Assembly (NCBI GenBank): GCA_000934665.2
Contig: JYFJ02004453.1
Location: 1-32,086, forward strand
DNA from: Catajapyx aquilonaris
Lineage: Eukaryota
Reading direction: 5' to 3'
DNA: 32,086 nucleotides
A program made the translations under genes and the position numbers. The notes beneath the pieces were generated by a model. That model saw only the letters and a list, made by a program, of their open reading frames with translations. It did no database searches and had not been told where the DNA came from. How positions within the stretch are numbered: the first letter of the stretch is position 1; the number at the start of each line of letters is the position of its first letter. This document shows positions 12,801 to 25,881 of the stretch, in pieces.

Positions 12801-13158
12801 GTGGTTTTTCTGCTATCGTGAACTTCGAGCTGTCCTTCACACATTACAGCCACGGCTTGTTGGGTGTCCGAAATGTTGGTCTGATTTTGACTACATCCCA
12901 AAGATGGCTTCCCACGCAGCTTTTAAAAAGGAAAAAAGGGTGGGCCTCCCTTTCGAAACATTCGGGTATGTCACTGAAAAACCTTGACCCACTTCTGAAT
13001 CGTAGACCCCCCTCCCTAAAAATAGGATTGAGGGACAAACAAGGAATAATAATTGGAGATTCCACTTCTTAACCCCTTTTCTTCCCTTCAGACCGGGGGA
13101 TTTCAAAGGAGGAAAAAGGGTGCATAGAAACGCGGAGAAGCGTGCAGGAATAAATCAG

Positions 13159-13355
13159 TACAGGGTGTGTGTGCATCCAATAGAAATAATTCCATGATGT
13201 CCAAAAATGTTTATTTTCAACATATACATTTTTGTTCTTAATTTTAACGAGAAATAATAATTGGACGGTTAAGAAATGTTTTTAGAAAATAATTCCATGA
13301 TGTCCAAACGACATAATTATGTATTTCTTCTGAATTTTATGACAAATTGGACGAA
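13159..13355 (+). mobile_element. Probable Tc1/mariner-derived end fragment with internal direct repeats
   Basis: Begins TA+CAGGGTG. TAGAAATAATTCCATGATGTCCAAA occurs at 13181 and again at about 13283, and AATTGGACG occurs twice. I did not identify a matching right TIR. Confidence 0.35.
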
Positions 13356-15223
13356 CTTATTGTTTTGAGAATATTGTGCAGTGCATGTTCTGCTGTGTGG
13401 TGCCTATAATTGAGAGAAGGTTGGATCTGACAGAGCATTGGCCCTCCCTAAGTATATCTCTTGACACGAAATAACCTTGTCCGCCGTCTGTGCTGGGCCT
13501 GAAAGCCCGTCGCTACGAGGTTGTCATGGAGAAATTCTCCTTGTGAAGACGACTCTCCGCCGCCCGTTTTATGTAGGATAGAAAGGAAGGAAACGATGCA
13601 TCAGTAGCAAGACTCACCTGAAAGAGAGGCAGAGAAGGGGGCCAGATTACAAGAGAAACCGAGCAACCAGGCTGGGAAAAAATATATCGTAATGATTCTG
13701 ACAAACTTCTGGGACTATTGCCTGACTGTGAGCATGAGGCGATGGAAGTGTCGTAGGCCAGACAGAATTCTTTGTGAAACACCCTGTTTTATTGGCGATG
13801 CGTAGGACCTTGGGGTAGAACGCGTCACATTTCTCCACTGCACATTTTGACCCCTCTTTGGCACCAGACCTTGCTCTATTTCCGGAAGAGGCTTCCCCAC
13901 CTCCCCACCAACCATACCAAAGAACTCGTGGTGCTTTTGGGGCTGCTGACGACGACTAGGCCTTGATTTACAGCCGGTTGAAGAGGGCGCCATGTGACAA
14001 GCACGAGGACGCTCCAACCATCGACGCCATCTCGACAAAAGAACACTCCATCGCCACTTTTGGTCAGATACACACTAGAGTTTCTGCACTAATTTTTTTT
14101 TTTGGCAGTTGAGAAAAGTTCGGGGTGGGCGACATTGATCAGCCGATTGGAGGACACAAATCTCTTTGGTTACAAGAAGCCCCGGAGTTTTCTGTCATGG
14201 CACGAGCATGGGGAAGGGGAAAGGCCCTAATTGGCGAGGTTTCATTTCTTATCAAATTTCCTGCAAGAGGAAATTCGTTTTTAGCAACGACAGCCAAGTG
14301 CATTACTGGCGAAGGGAAAAAGACTCTTGCCGAATATTTGATATTCGAGAGGAACATCTTTTTTCATTTAATAATTTTTGTTACAATAATAAAATTGTTT
14401 TGATTCCTGAATTTTGAAGCATATGGCCTGCTCTCATAGACTTTTACTGTATACATATGTAATGCAAATGTATAGACGCTCGTAGTTTCATTTTCAAAGC
14501 CCATGGAAAATGCAGTGCAAGAAGCAGAATTTGTTTCGTGAAGACATGCAGCGTGGGTTCCCTGCCGCGATGGCAAATTGACTCTGGAGGAAACGGGTTT
14601 CAACCGTCCTTTATAATGCCATTATTGCTTTTGTCTCGGACCCCAGCAGGAGTAAAGGGGGGACGGCTCGCAGGCCATTTGTCATTAAACGACGTTGTGT
14701 AATTCTAGTTACGAACCAGCCCCCGATGTTTCCGGGAAATTGTGGTTTGTTTTAAAACCGGGGAAAAAAAAATTGGGGCGTGAAAAATCCGCATACATAC
14801 AGCAACAGTAGTGTAATTCAAAACCAAGGGTCGATACTTATATCTCACTCTCTCGCCATGCAACTGGTCCTCAGGCCAGAAAAGAGGCGGAAAAGCTTGG
14901 TGACCGAAGGGTCAATGTTTCGCCTCGTTGCTTCCAATCGCTAAATTATCCATCAAGCCTCCCAACATCGAAAAAGTGAATTGACCCAAGGGCTAATATA
15001 TATTTAAAAAACCCATGTTACACCCTCTCACACCTATAGGGTTGCTCAATGTGAGAGTTAATCGCCTTAAAAAGAGAGACCCCCCTGCAAACTGCAGAGA
15101 GAGGAATTAGAGGAAACACGCAGGACGCCGGAAAACACGCTTACCTGTACAACAATGTGTGGTCAATAACGAGACTGACCAGTAGTTGGACTCGCAGTAT
15201 ATGATGTCTGGTGAGGCACATTC

Positions 15224-15239
15224 AGAGAGAGAGAGAGAG
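15224..15239. repeat. (AG)8 microsatellite
   Basis: Read directly from the sequence. Confidence 0.9.
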
Positions 15240-18200
15240 GTATAGATGGGAGGGAGAGCATCAGGGATTGCTGCGAGGCTCCAACGGAAGACAACATTAC
15301 AGAGTTCGCCGTAGATTAAATTGAATCTCGCCAGTAAATTGGTCTGTTAGGCAAACAGCTTTTGCCTTTAAGCGCAGGTAAAATATTTACCCGTCTGCCT
15401 CATGGAAGGTCGGGCTGTGGCATCGATCGGAGGAAATCCCTTCAGGTAATTAAGCGGTCGCAGTTGGAGGAAGCGAGGAAGCCAAAAGCTTGGGGATGAC
15501 TGAGAGGAGCCCAAGCCAGGGCACCACCAAACTCTGAAGAAAAAAACTAAAGAGGCCCAAGGAACCTTATACCTTCTTCTGATTTATGGGGCATCCTGGT
15601 GGGTAACCCGAAAATTTTGCGAAATTGCGTGACGGGCGTTCAACACCAGTGGTTTCTCGGCTGTGGCCACGTCGCGGATTCCTTGATCTCTCCGCACAAA
15701 TCCTGCGGGTCCATCGGTCTTGCCTTGATGAGGAAGACGTTGATGTAACTAACGGAGCAAAATGGCTCACGAAACACATTCTAGCAAAAATACTAGCACG
15801 TTGACTATTAAATAAAATGTGGCCCGCAATTACCGCACAAACATAATTAGCAAAAAAAATCCTAAATATTTGGTATTTAGACTTTAAAAGTGCAGTTTTC
15901 GGACGTTTTTCTAAATTAGTGGCATCAGTGATGCAAAGTCTCAGAACTATCAGTACTTCGGAAGTGATTTAGATAGCCGTGTGACATCCCCTACATACCT
16001 AAACCTTAAGCTTTATATATGTATGTAAGATGTTTTAAAAAATGTACACAAAATCGGCATTTATCCTGATTATTCAGGGCCACCTCTCATGTTTAACTGG
16101 TGGTGTAACTACGAGAATAAATTTGATTAAAATCGTACATTCATCGGGCGAATTTTCGTGGGGCGAATTGGAATCATACCATAATTTTTTCTCTGATCAC
16201 GAAACAGCTTGTGGACTTAAAATTATTTTACTGCAACTTTTAATTGAATGGTTAATTTTATTTGGAGTAACTACGTACGAAAATTTTGATATCAATGTTT
16301 AGTCCTGTCTTTCTGTGTGACAAAGCAGCGGTTCGTGTGTATATAGCCCGGATCTCTTTTCTCCGGAGCTTCTGGTCTGAGTCTGTGGCAGCTGAAAATC
16401 CCATTAGCGGGGTCCCCTCCCCTACCCCCGGATTTTCCACCGGAAAAGGGTAAGGTGGCGAACCGGATCAGCTGAGGACACCGGTTATGGATGGTCAGGT
16501 GTGATCTCGCCGCTCACCGCGACAAGAATGAGGTGATGTCGGAGGTCCTCTATAATTCACCCTGTTCTCTCTCTCTACTAGAGGGAAACCCCCCCTTTTA
16601 TTCGCTCTCTTGTCGCGAGCTGCAGCTAATGTGATTAATGCTACACAGAGCAACTGTTATTGGCACTTTGGGCACGAGGAAGGATCAGGACCACAAAAAT
16701 GGTTGATAACACCTAAATTTTTCGTGACATTTTTAAAAAATGAAGTTAATTAGGGTGATGTGGCTTAGTTGCATGTGGAAGCATATAAATGTCTGTGCTT
16801 GCATAGTTGAGCAGACCCCTTGTCAACTTGCTACTCCGCTAATCCTTTCCCTCTTTGCAATGTCATCAAGAAGTAGGGAGAAAGTTTCCCCCGGAGGATA
16901 TACACCGGATTTTGTCCCGGTTGCTTTATATATACGGGGGAGGGGGCCTCTATATAGGCCGGCTGCTTTCGTATATCTCAAACTTCCAAGTCGATACTTG
17001 GTGCACTATTATTATTACACCGTAAGTACACCTTACAAGTTGGTTCGAATTATTCAAAAGCGTAGTCAAAATGTTTGATAGTAAATATCATATGATATTT
17101 TGCTTCTAGTGTTCATCGAACCTAATGATAATTTCGAAGGGGGGGAAAAATGGTTTCATCAGATAGTTTTTTTTTCGCTCCCATGTGTTAGAACGACATT
17201 TGCTCCACTTTCACGTAATAAGGCTCGACTTCGGGTCCAATTTGGCCGTAGTGAATGTTGACATTTTGACGGGCGGGAAGAGGTCACCGATTGGGCGGGA
17301 ACGATTCGTAAAAAATACACGTGTTTTCCCAGAGTTTCTGTCTCCTGCACAGGTCTAAATAATTCCTTCTCAGAGGGTTTTTTCCTCCCCTCGAAACACG
17401 AGTAAAAAAAAGAGAGGGTTTTGCATGAAAAAGCGATCGAATTAACAATCAATTACCCCCGTTCCTGATCCTGAGCATGTCCAGGTTGTTAAATCCGCAA
17501 TGAAACATTAATGGGTCCCATTTTCATTTGAGAAAATCCTTTATAAGAAAATGAGCACACACTCTATAGTGGAAATAGTAACCTAATTTTGAGCTAATTG
17601 TATGTCAATTTTTACCTACATTCATGGTAAGTTGGGAGGAAATTTAGCATTTTGTCAGTTGTTTCAATACAATATTTTTCTCCCTGATTTCCTCATTCTT
17701 TAATGGAATGTTTCATAATTTTTTTCCCCCTCCACTTTGTGTAGATATTGACTTGAGAATATATGGCACGATCATCCTGAAAAGCGATTGACCTTTGTTA
17801 ATTCTTAAACATNCCCTCTGCTCCTATATATCAAGTTGCATCCTCCCCATTTAAAAAAAAAAGTGCATGTGCTGGTGCACACTTTATAATTATTTTCCTC
17901 AGGGATAATGTAGGCGATTTGTTCCGAATGCACAATCCGGAATCTGTAATGAGCCTGTCATTCGCGTATCGAGTTTTGCGGCTCGGGATCCAATTTCCGC
18001 ATAACCAACCTGCCTAATTAATCGCGGTTTTGGGTTATATATATATTTTTAAACAATTTTTATGTAAAATCGGAGGGGAAAAAAAGTGGACTGACATCTT
18101 GAGAGAATATCATGCAATAAGTGTTACATATGCACGTATACAAAAAAAATATATGAAACCGGTGCACCTGCATAAGGTTGTGGGCCTGGAAGAAGCGTGG

Positions 18201-18961
18201 GCTGCAATTAATTATAAACAACACCCCGTGTTCATGTAATATTCATGATAGTCGGTTTGCGTGAGGGATTCGGTAAGTAAGGTGGGGTGAGGTTGGAGGG
18301 GGTTAGAGTCTTCGGATGGACGGCTAATTGCTGCCTACGGAGGCGGATGGGATCCATTCCCATCCACCTTCCTATATACCCCAAGAAGAACCCTGTTTTT
18401 GGCAGCAAAACCCTGGGGTACTATACCCATGTACTGTCACATAGTGGCTTCAAACTAATGGGAAGTTGGGGGGCTAGATGGGGGACATACATTGGTTGAT
18501 GTATGTGTAAACGTATGTAAGAGGAAAATTATTGGTGTGTGTGCGACACAACGCAGAATGATTCCATATGGAACATTCAAACTAATGCAAACGGATGACT
18601 GCTATTAAGCCCCATGAATAGACTATGAGAGGGGGACGGTACAGATGGAGCCATTGCGGAAACTCCCAAATGGAAACACCGGAATAATGTTATGAGTGCT
18701 CGGATTGAAATGGAGTTGTCCACTCTCTTAAGTATACTCGATACTATATATACATACATGCTGGTGCAATGCGTCCATTTTAAAAATATTTATACGATCG
18801 GTGATGACTTTGTTAGGAGATATGCTGTACGTTTCGTGTTATAATTAGTGCTATAATAATAATAGTTCACGCCCTAGAGATATTTATGCATGACCATGAA
18901 CTTCAATGCAATGGAGAGAAAAAACTGATCTATAGACTTATAAAAGTGAAAGTTTCATACA

Positions 18962-19025
18962 TATGTCTATGTATGTTTGTCCAGGCTACCTAACCCACTT
19001 CCACACCTCTTAGAGTGCTGAACTC
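18962..19025 (+). repeat. Dispersed repeat fragment, copy 1 (related to 21555-21614)
   Basis: TGTCCAGGCTACCTAACCCACTTCCACACCTCTTAGAGTGCTGAA, preceded by TATGTCTATGTATGTT. It aligns with the copy at 21555. Confidence 0.7.
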
Positions 19026-21554
19026 TCTAATTTCAAACCAAGCCTTACAACGAAAGAAGCCTTAGCTCATTTTAATAAACCAGACCTAAACCATTGTAAT
19101 CAGTAACTTTTTTTTCTGAAACTATCGTCCAATTCGCAATTTTTACAATATTGCATTTACAGTACTTTTTCCGAACAGGATTGCAAAATTATTGCTGTTT
19201 AAAACACTCTCCCAATTTTTTCTCCCCGAAACCCATAATTATGCCTATAGTTCCCCCCCCCCCNNNNCCCCCCCCCCCCCCTCTGAATGTTGTTGTTACG
19301 TGGCCCATTTAATAATAAATTTTATAACTCTGCGTATAACCCCAATGGATAATGTGACTTTTCCATCCAGGGGTTTATAGCCATTAAAGTTAACGTGACG
19401 CCGCTTTACCGCAGGTGCCAACCGAAATTGAAGGTGCGGTCCGTACGCACAATCGGCGTGCGGTCATGGCTCCATTTGCACCTGTTAATATCACAAATGT
19501 TATGACAATTGAAATCATAAATGGGACGATGAAAAATTAATTGTTAAGCTGCGGGGAGGCGCATAAACTGTTTGAAGAATTTATTATCTCGCGCTGCCAG
19601 GTAGAGAGTAGAGCTCGAGAGAGATTTTTGGGAGCGTGAGAAAAATTGAATCATTATGCGACCTCAGGTGCGTCAAAAAGGATACCCTCGGAAATGTGCA
19701 AATGACTCGCACCTGTTTCAACAATCCCTCTGGCATCCCATTTATTATTATTATTATTATTTTTTTTACCTGAAGTCTCTCTATAGAGGTGGGGCGTTCT
19801 GACATTATTTAACTATCCCGGAGGGGGTAACGAGCTGGTAATCCTGGGGTTCATTTGCACCTTTCCCTTGATCGAGAAGGAGTTGGTCTGGAAACACGAG
19901 AAGGAAAAAAAAAACTTGAAGAAGAAGAAGAAGTAAGAAAAAAAAGGAAAGGGGGGGGGGGGGGGNGGGGGCTGAGGTAGATCGATAAGGAAAGCAAAGG
20001 CGCGGTGGAGAAATCGGAGCAGTCGTAACATGGCAACGACCTTCAGGGTAAATACGCAACAAGTGAGCCGCGGCTTATATAAGGTCGTGAGGGGGGAAGA
20101 TATACGCACTTTAAAAAAAAATATACATACTACATTTTTCTTAAAAAATATATAATAAATTATGTTGCACTGCGTACTTTGCGGGGGCCACAAAAAAAAC
20201 CTTGACTTAAATCCATCTGCATTGTCTCGTTTTTTTTTATTCAAGGTGTCTCTCTGTAGGCATATCTATAAGGCGGTCTATAGGGCTTCTTTTGTAAAGA
20301 CTAGAGTTCTGTATATAGAACCTTATTCAGGTGAGGTTTCGCAGTCTGCGCACGTCAGAGAAAATCCTAAGCTGGGATTGTAAATGCGTCGTTGTGCTGA
20401 AGGTGGGTAATGTGGATCATGTGTTATAAGTACTTTTTAATATATATATAAAATTAAAAGCGGGATTGATAGCAATAGAGAGCATAGATAGCGCTCATAT
20501 CATCTGGACAAACAGAGGCACATACTCAAGCCAATTCTATGTCCATCGTACATAAATAATTGGCAAGTGTTGTTGTGCAAAAACCCTAATGGCAATGAAA
20601 CGTTTTGTGTCACCCTGTGCACCATGCGCACTGCGGCGAACCCCCGGCTTTTTGTGCAAAAACTGAGCTATGTCGAACATATTTGCTTTGAACTTTCATT
20701 TCATGTCATTTAAAAAGTAAACATCCCCCCCCAAAAAATTAGTGTGTATTACACTAATGTGTCAGCTTTTTCATGTAATGACATGTGTCCATTATCGATA
20801 TTGGATAGCCGAAACTGTCCCTAATGCGACAACACAATAATAAAGCGAAAAGGGGGGTTGGGGTTGGACGGAGTTTGCGAAAAATTGGCACAAATCTTTT
20901 TCTGGCGAGCATGTCGGGGTAGCAGGCTTCAAAGCAACAGGTGTCGGCACGAGGCGCCGTCGACGTCGAGACGCTCCCGAGTCTCTTATTGCAACAATAC
21001 CTCCTGAGAGATCCAGCCATCTTTTGGATAAGCCGACCTTATTTCACTAATAAAGATCCTTGCAAAAAAAAAAAGTTCGCATAAATCACGTTGAAAATCC
21101 TCGCCACTTGAGGCGCCTCCCATTTCGCACCACGAGGCTGTTCTTTAGGATTGAGGATGAGGGGGGGTTGTAGGGGGATTAACGACCGGTCTAAATGAGG
21201 TGTAATAATAGCTGCGAGACTCGTGCACCAAGAGCTGCCACTCAGTATTTAAATGGCGGCCATCATGCCAGGTTTTATGCTCATTGAAACACACGTCGTT
21301 AGGAGGCCGGCCATGATTTTGAAGATTTGGCTACACTGGGAATATTATGAAGTCGTCGATACTGTCCGTGATGATACGGCTTCTCGCCTTCGATGGAAAA
21401 TGAGTAAGGTAGCAGACTTTGAAGCTCAAATTAGCTTGCAAGAGAATCGTGAAGAGGCTAATTTTAAGGTCTGCTACCTTACTAATTTCTGCGACTGCGT
21501 ACACGAAGCGAATCTTACATAATAAAGGAGAAAGTTGTTCTGCGGTTTGTACAG

Positions 21555-21614
21555 TATGTCCGGGCTACCTATAACCCACTTCCGGACTACTGAGAGTGCT
21601 GAAACTTGGCACAC
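21555..21614 (+). repeat. Dispersed repeat fragment, copy 2 (related to 18962-19025)
   Basis: TGTCCGGGCTACCTATAACCCACTTCCGGACTACTGAGAGTGCTGAAACTTGGCACAC. Confidence 0.7.
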
Positions 21615-22406
21615 TGATGGCTAACCTGCCGCTGATTTAGGGGAAAGTCCGGATACTTTTCGAGTCTACATACACAAAATGTAGGATTTGATCTAGCAAT
21701 GGATGGGACTAAAGTTGTTGCTACGTTTACGCTGGCGATATTGCCACCGGCTGTATACCCCGATTCAAACGCTAAAACTGTCCATACTTATGCATTGTAC
21801 TGTCGATAAGTTACCATTATGCCTAGGAGCAATGTCGATATGTCGCAACTGCCGATGATGACACCTGCTTTTAACATTTTGCAGCAGATATAAACGCCAC
21901 CAGGTCCTGTCGATAGAGTTCAGCTCTACACTACAGCGTGTCAATCGTTTCGCAAACTATTTTGTGTGCGTGTAACTATATAGAATAATAATAAAAAAGT
22001 ATGTAGAAAACAAGCAGTGTTGTGGGTAAGCAAGCAGGCCAATATGCTGGCATTATGAGGGCCTCGGGCGAGCGAGGGAATGTTCATTTTCCGTGGTAGG
22101 AACGTGGCCCAACATGGCCGCTGGCACCAAAGACTTTGGGCCTCCATTTTTTAAATATATATATATTCTCTATGCGAACCCCCCTTCACTAGATTGGGCT
22201 CATTTTGGGAGTGCGGAAAAGCGTTCCCAAGCTTCTCTATTTGTCATGCTGTGTAATTAATTACACCGCAACATTCCTAAGGCGGATAGGACCGACTGTG
22301 CATGCGGTGTTTTCGCGGTTTTTCGCCTACCCAAAACCCAACCCTCATGCGCACAGTATGAAAGGGCATGTCTTTTTAGTCAAGACATTATTTCATTGCT
22401 GACCTT

Positions 22407-22410
<4 letters not shown>

Positions 22411-22440
<30 letters not shown>
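22411..22440. repeat. (TG)15 microsatellite
   Basis: Read directly from the sequence. Confidence 0.97.
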
Positions 22441-22443
<3 letters not shown>

Positions 22444-23949
22444 AAGCCCAAACGTGACTAACGAGTTGGGAAAACCTGTTGATTTACAAATATTTATTAG
22501 TATTAAATGTCATGTACGCATTGAATTACACACCTGTGGAATTTACAGTTGGCCTTGATGTCTATATACCTCGGCATACATGTGCGAATTGTTAAAATTC
22601 AGCAGATTTCTGTAGATGTCATGTCACAAATAGCATGTCTTTTGTCAACATAATATGAAACAAAGTTTTCCTCCATGAGACAGGTTTTTCCCCCCCTTTG
22701 GTTGCAACCTGCGATGTTGGGGGGTCAGGGCCCGGTGTGTGTGGGATTTGTTATCATCCCTGGCACTGAATCCGGGATTACGGGTTAGCAGCCGGAGACT
22801 TGTTTCCACGATGCATATCTAAGCAGCTGTAGGCCACCAAGTGACGCAGGAGACGAGTCCTCTCGATTTATTGTCCAGTCCAAAGAGAGGCCAAAGGACT
22901 CGTAGGCAAGGATATATGGACAGAATGTGCCACTTGTTGACACCTCAGGTGTGACTTTGGCCAAATAACGCTGCTAAATCAACAGATCGCTGCTATGCCA
23001 CTAGTAGTAAACGACTAATAATATAGCCGCGGGTTAATTAAATCCCCCACAGCAGCAGCCCTGCAAAAGTGTTTATAGGCATGGAAATGTATCTGGCCCG
23101 ATCCAAAACCTATCCACACGTCGATGGAAACAAATCAGTGCAATTGGGCGCAAATGGTTATGGAATTGAACCAGCAGGCGTGATTTGAAACCGAAGGCAT
23201 CCGGGAGACAATTTCCATAACAGGCGCATATTAATGAAACCATTTTGACGAATCGGGGCATGATTATGTCCCAAACTTATGTAGGGCTGGCATTTGGAGT
23301 CAATCACCGAATTGTAGCGTTTGGAACAAATCGCCGACAAAGGGCGGGATGAAATGAAGCCCGAAATAAATTCAATTAAATATGCCCGTAAATAACTGGG
23401 CACTCTTTGATGGCGGCCCCATCACAGCAAGCCTGGGTTTGCCCCCCCCCCCCCTCTCTCTGTATAAAACCCCCCTCCCATGCCCCCGCCTCTCCCCAGC
23501 GCGTGCCTGCAGGGCTTGCGGCATTTGACAACAACCATGGATTTGCACTTGTCATCACTCATTGTCAACCGGGCCGTGTCCACACGTGAATGGCGTGGCA
23601 CGGGTTGACACGTTGGAGAGAGCTTTGTAAAATTTGGGGTTTCATTACTCGTGACAGCTTGATATACTTTGCATGGAGCTTTGTAGGTGTCACCCGAAAT
23701 TAACTACGATTTATAATGACAATTAATAATCTGCAGCCGCCTCTATCCCAACCCCGGCGTGTTAGGTCGACTTTCTCTACACGGCGGTTTGCAATAGCGG
23801 GCTCGGGGGAAAAGTTGCCGAAAATTGTGGGCGAAAAAAAAATGTATATATTAAGACACCCTCCGTCATGTCGTGCCGCTATAATAATCTCGGATGGGAG
23901 CGACATCTACAGATTTTTTCGCATAACTTCTGCACAAAACATTGAATCC

Positions 23950-24408
23950 TGCTATTTTTGGCCATCGTTTCTGACTAACAGCGATCGCTACTTGTGATAT
24001 TCAATAGCCTTACGGCCGATCACTCATTATCAGCAAATGCGGTGCTATTTTTGGCCATCATTTCAGACTAACAGTGATCGCTGCTTGTGCAATAGCGTTA
24101 ACAGTGATCACTCGTTATCAGGAAATTCTCAGCTATTTTTGGCCATAATTTCAAAGTAACAGTGATCGCTACTTGTAATATTCAATAGCGTTAACAGTAA
24201 TCACCCGTTATCAGCAAATTCTTTGCTCTTTTGGCCATCGTTTCTGACTAACAGCGATCGCTACTTGTGATATTCAATAGCCTTATGGCCGATCACATGT
24301 TATCAGCAAATGCTGTGCTATTTTCGGCCATCATTTCTGACTAACGGTGATCGCTGCTTGTGATATTCAATAGCATTAACGGCGATCACTCGTTATCAGC
24401 AAATTCTC
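23950..24408. repeat. About 93-bp tandem repeat, 5 copies
   Basis: Units start at 23950, 24043, 24131, 24224 and 24316. Approximate consensus: TGCTATTTTTGGCCATCRTTTCTGACTAACAGYGATCGCTRCTTGTGATATTCAATAGC...GATCACTCGTTATCAGCAAAT. Confidence 0.95.
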
Positions 24409-25317
24409 TCAGTTTATTGCGGGTTGTCGGTGGACTTAACGACTTCTTAGCCCTGAGCTTTACTTGTAATAGATCGTGTTTGGCACCTGGGTCTTTCGGA
24501 ATATTCGGGTTAAACTGGATCAGCCCCCAAGGCGCTAATTATCGCCCCGAAGAATTGTTAGAACCGGTGTCGATGCGTACCTTGTGCAAACTCTTCAGAA
24601 GTTCTTCCCTAGCTTGAGTAGATCAATTCCAGTAACATTTTTCGGATAATCTGCTGTGTAGTTGAAGGGATTTTTTTTTTCAAGTCTTCCATTTCCGCAC
24701 ACGAATTATTTTTTTTGTTATTAACCTAAGAAGAGTGAAATTAAAAAAGTGGCGAGCCTCAGGAGAAATGTAATAGGAAGCACACAAAGTTTTGTCAAAA
24801 ATTCTGACGGCAGCCTTGGGGTGATTTAACTTGTTTCATCCTCAGCAAGGAAAAGGTTACACCGGGAAGATGAAGCCAGGTCTTTTGATTTTCATAAAAA
24901 TAACAATAAAAAATTTTCGGCTAGAAAAGCCGTGCCATTTGCATGTGACATGTAGATTTTTTTTTTTTCGTACAGTATTACACGAAGGAATCTACGCGGC
25001 AATAATGATACCGGATCATAAAGTTTATGGGCGGAATCGTCCGATTTGCATTTTCCCTTGCTGCTTGTTAGGATTATTGCCCCGGATTTTATTGCGATCG
25101 GTGATTGATAAAGAGCAGTGGGGTGGGATGGGAGGTAGCGTCTATGAACCGGTGTGCTAAATTGCATTATTGACACTCTTCAGCATGCTCTCATTTGACA
25201 CAACGCTTTTTTTTTCCGGTCGACAAAACCCGTCTGATTGGTTATGACGGTTTACATCGGGAATTCGTGTTTATTGGAGTCGTAATTGTACGATTGGGGA
25301 TTTTTTTTGGTACTCGT

Positions 25318-25363
25318 TTTATAATAAGTTATTATAAGTTTTATTATAAGTTTTATTATAAGT
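25318..25363. repeat. Short AT-rich 12-bp tandem repeat (TTATTATAAGTT, about 4 copies)
   Basis: Read directly: TTTATAATAAGTTATTATAAGTTTTATTATAAGTTTTATTATAAGT. Confidence 0.8.
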
Positions 25364-25881
25364 AAACATAGGACGTTTAAAAATCAATGTATGTATTGAA
25401 TTTCCTGATTTTTTTTCTTTGTTTAAAAAATTTCTGTAGTTAAAGTCTGTAGAAAATAGCTGTATGCTGCTGGGTACTGGATAGTCCGAGGCTGAGTGAT
25501 AGCAGGGCACAGACACACATACATGGAACTCACATACTGGGGGAATAACGGAGGGGTATTGCAGTAACGGCAATTGCCAGGAATAGCCCCCTTTTATGTC
25601 CAGTCATGGCTGCCACAATGAGACTTGAGGGAAATGCGCGCACAGCCAGGCGGAACGGCACTAGTTCAGTGCTGTTAATGTGACTTCATCTCTCGCCATT
25701 TGTTTGTCGTTAGCGCCCAGAGATTAGCAGAATTAAAGAATATGGCTCGAGTATTTTTAGTACGCCGAATTAGCTGGACTGGAATTACCCTTGGAACGTC
25801 CCACTTTTGTTGTCACGCAAACTCCTGACTGATCGAATTGCAATTTTCTAACATTTTTTTTTTGTTTCCTCTTTGTTGCAG

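Larger units (their letters stand above)
1..25881 (+). other. foxo: Distal part of the very long FoxO intron that splits the forkhead domain; the upstream exon ending ...GWK lies outside the window
   Basis: Ends in a strong acceptor (T-rich tract ...TTTTTTGTTTCCTCTTTGTTGCAG, AG at 25880-25881) directly before AAC TCC ATT CGA (NSIR). No ORF in 1-25881 encodes the N-terminal half of a forkhead domain (LTLSQIYEW...SSAGWK type). The phase-0 intron between WK and NSIRHNLS is a known conserved feature of FoxO genes. Short alternative or non-coding exons inside it cannot be excluded. Confidence 0.75.

Noticed and set aside
20717..25368. FoxO-type binding sites GTAAACA at 20717 and 25362, suggesting autoregulation
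   Set aside because: A few copies of a 7-mer are expected by chance in 32 kb, and I saw no clustering.
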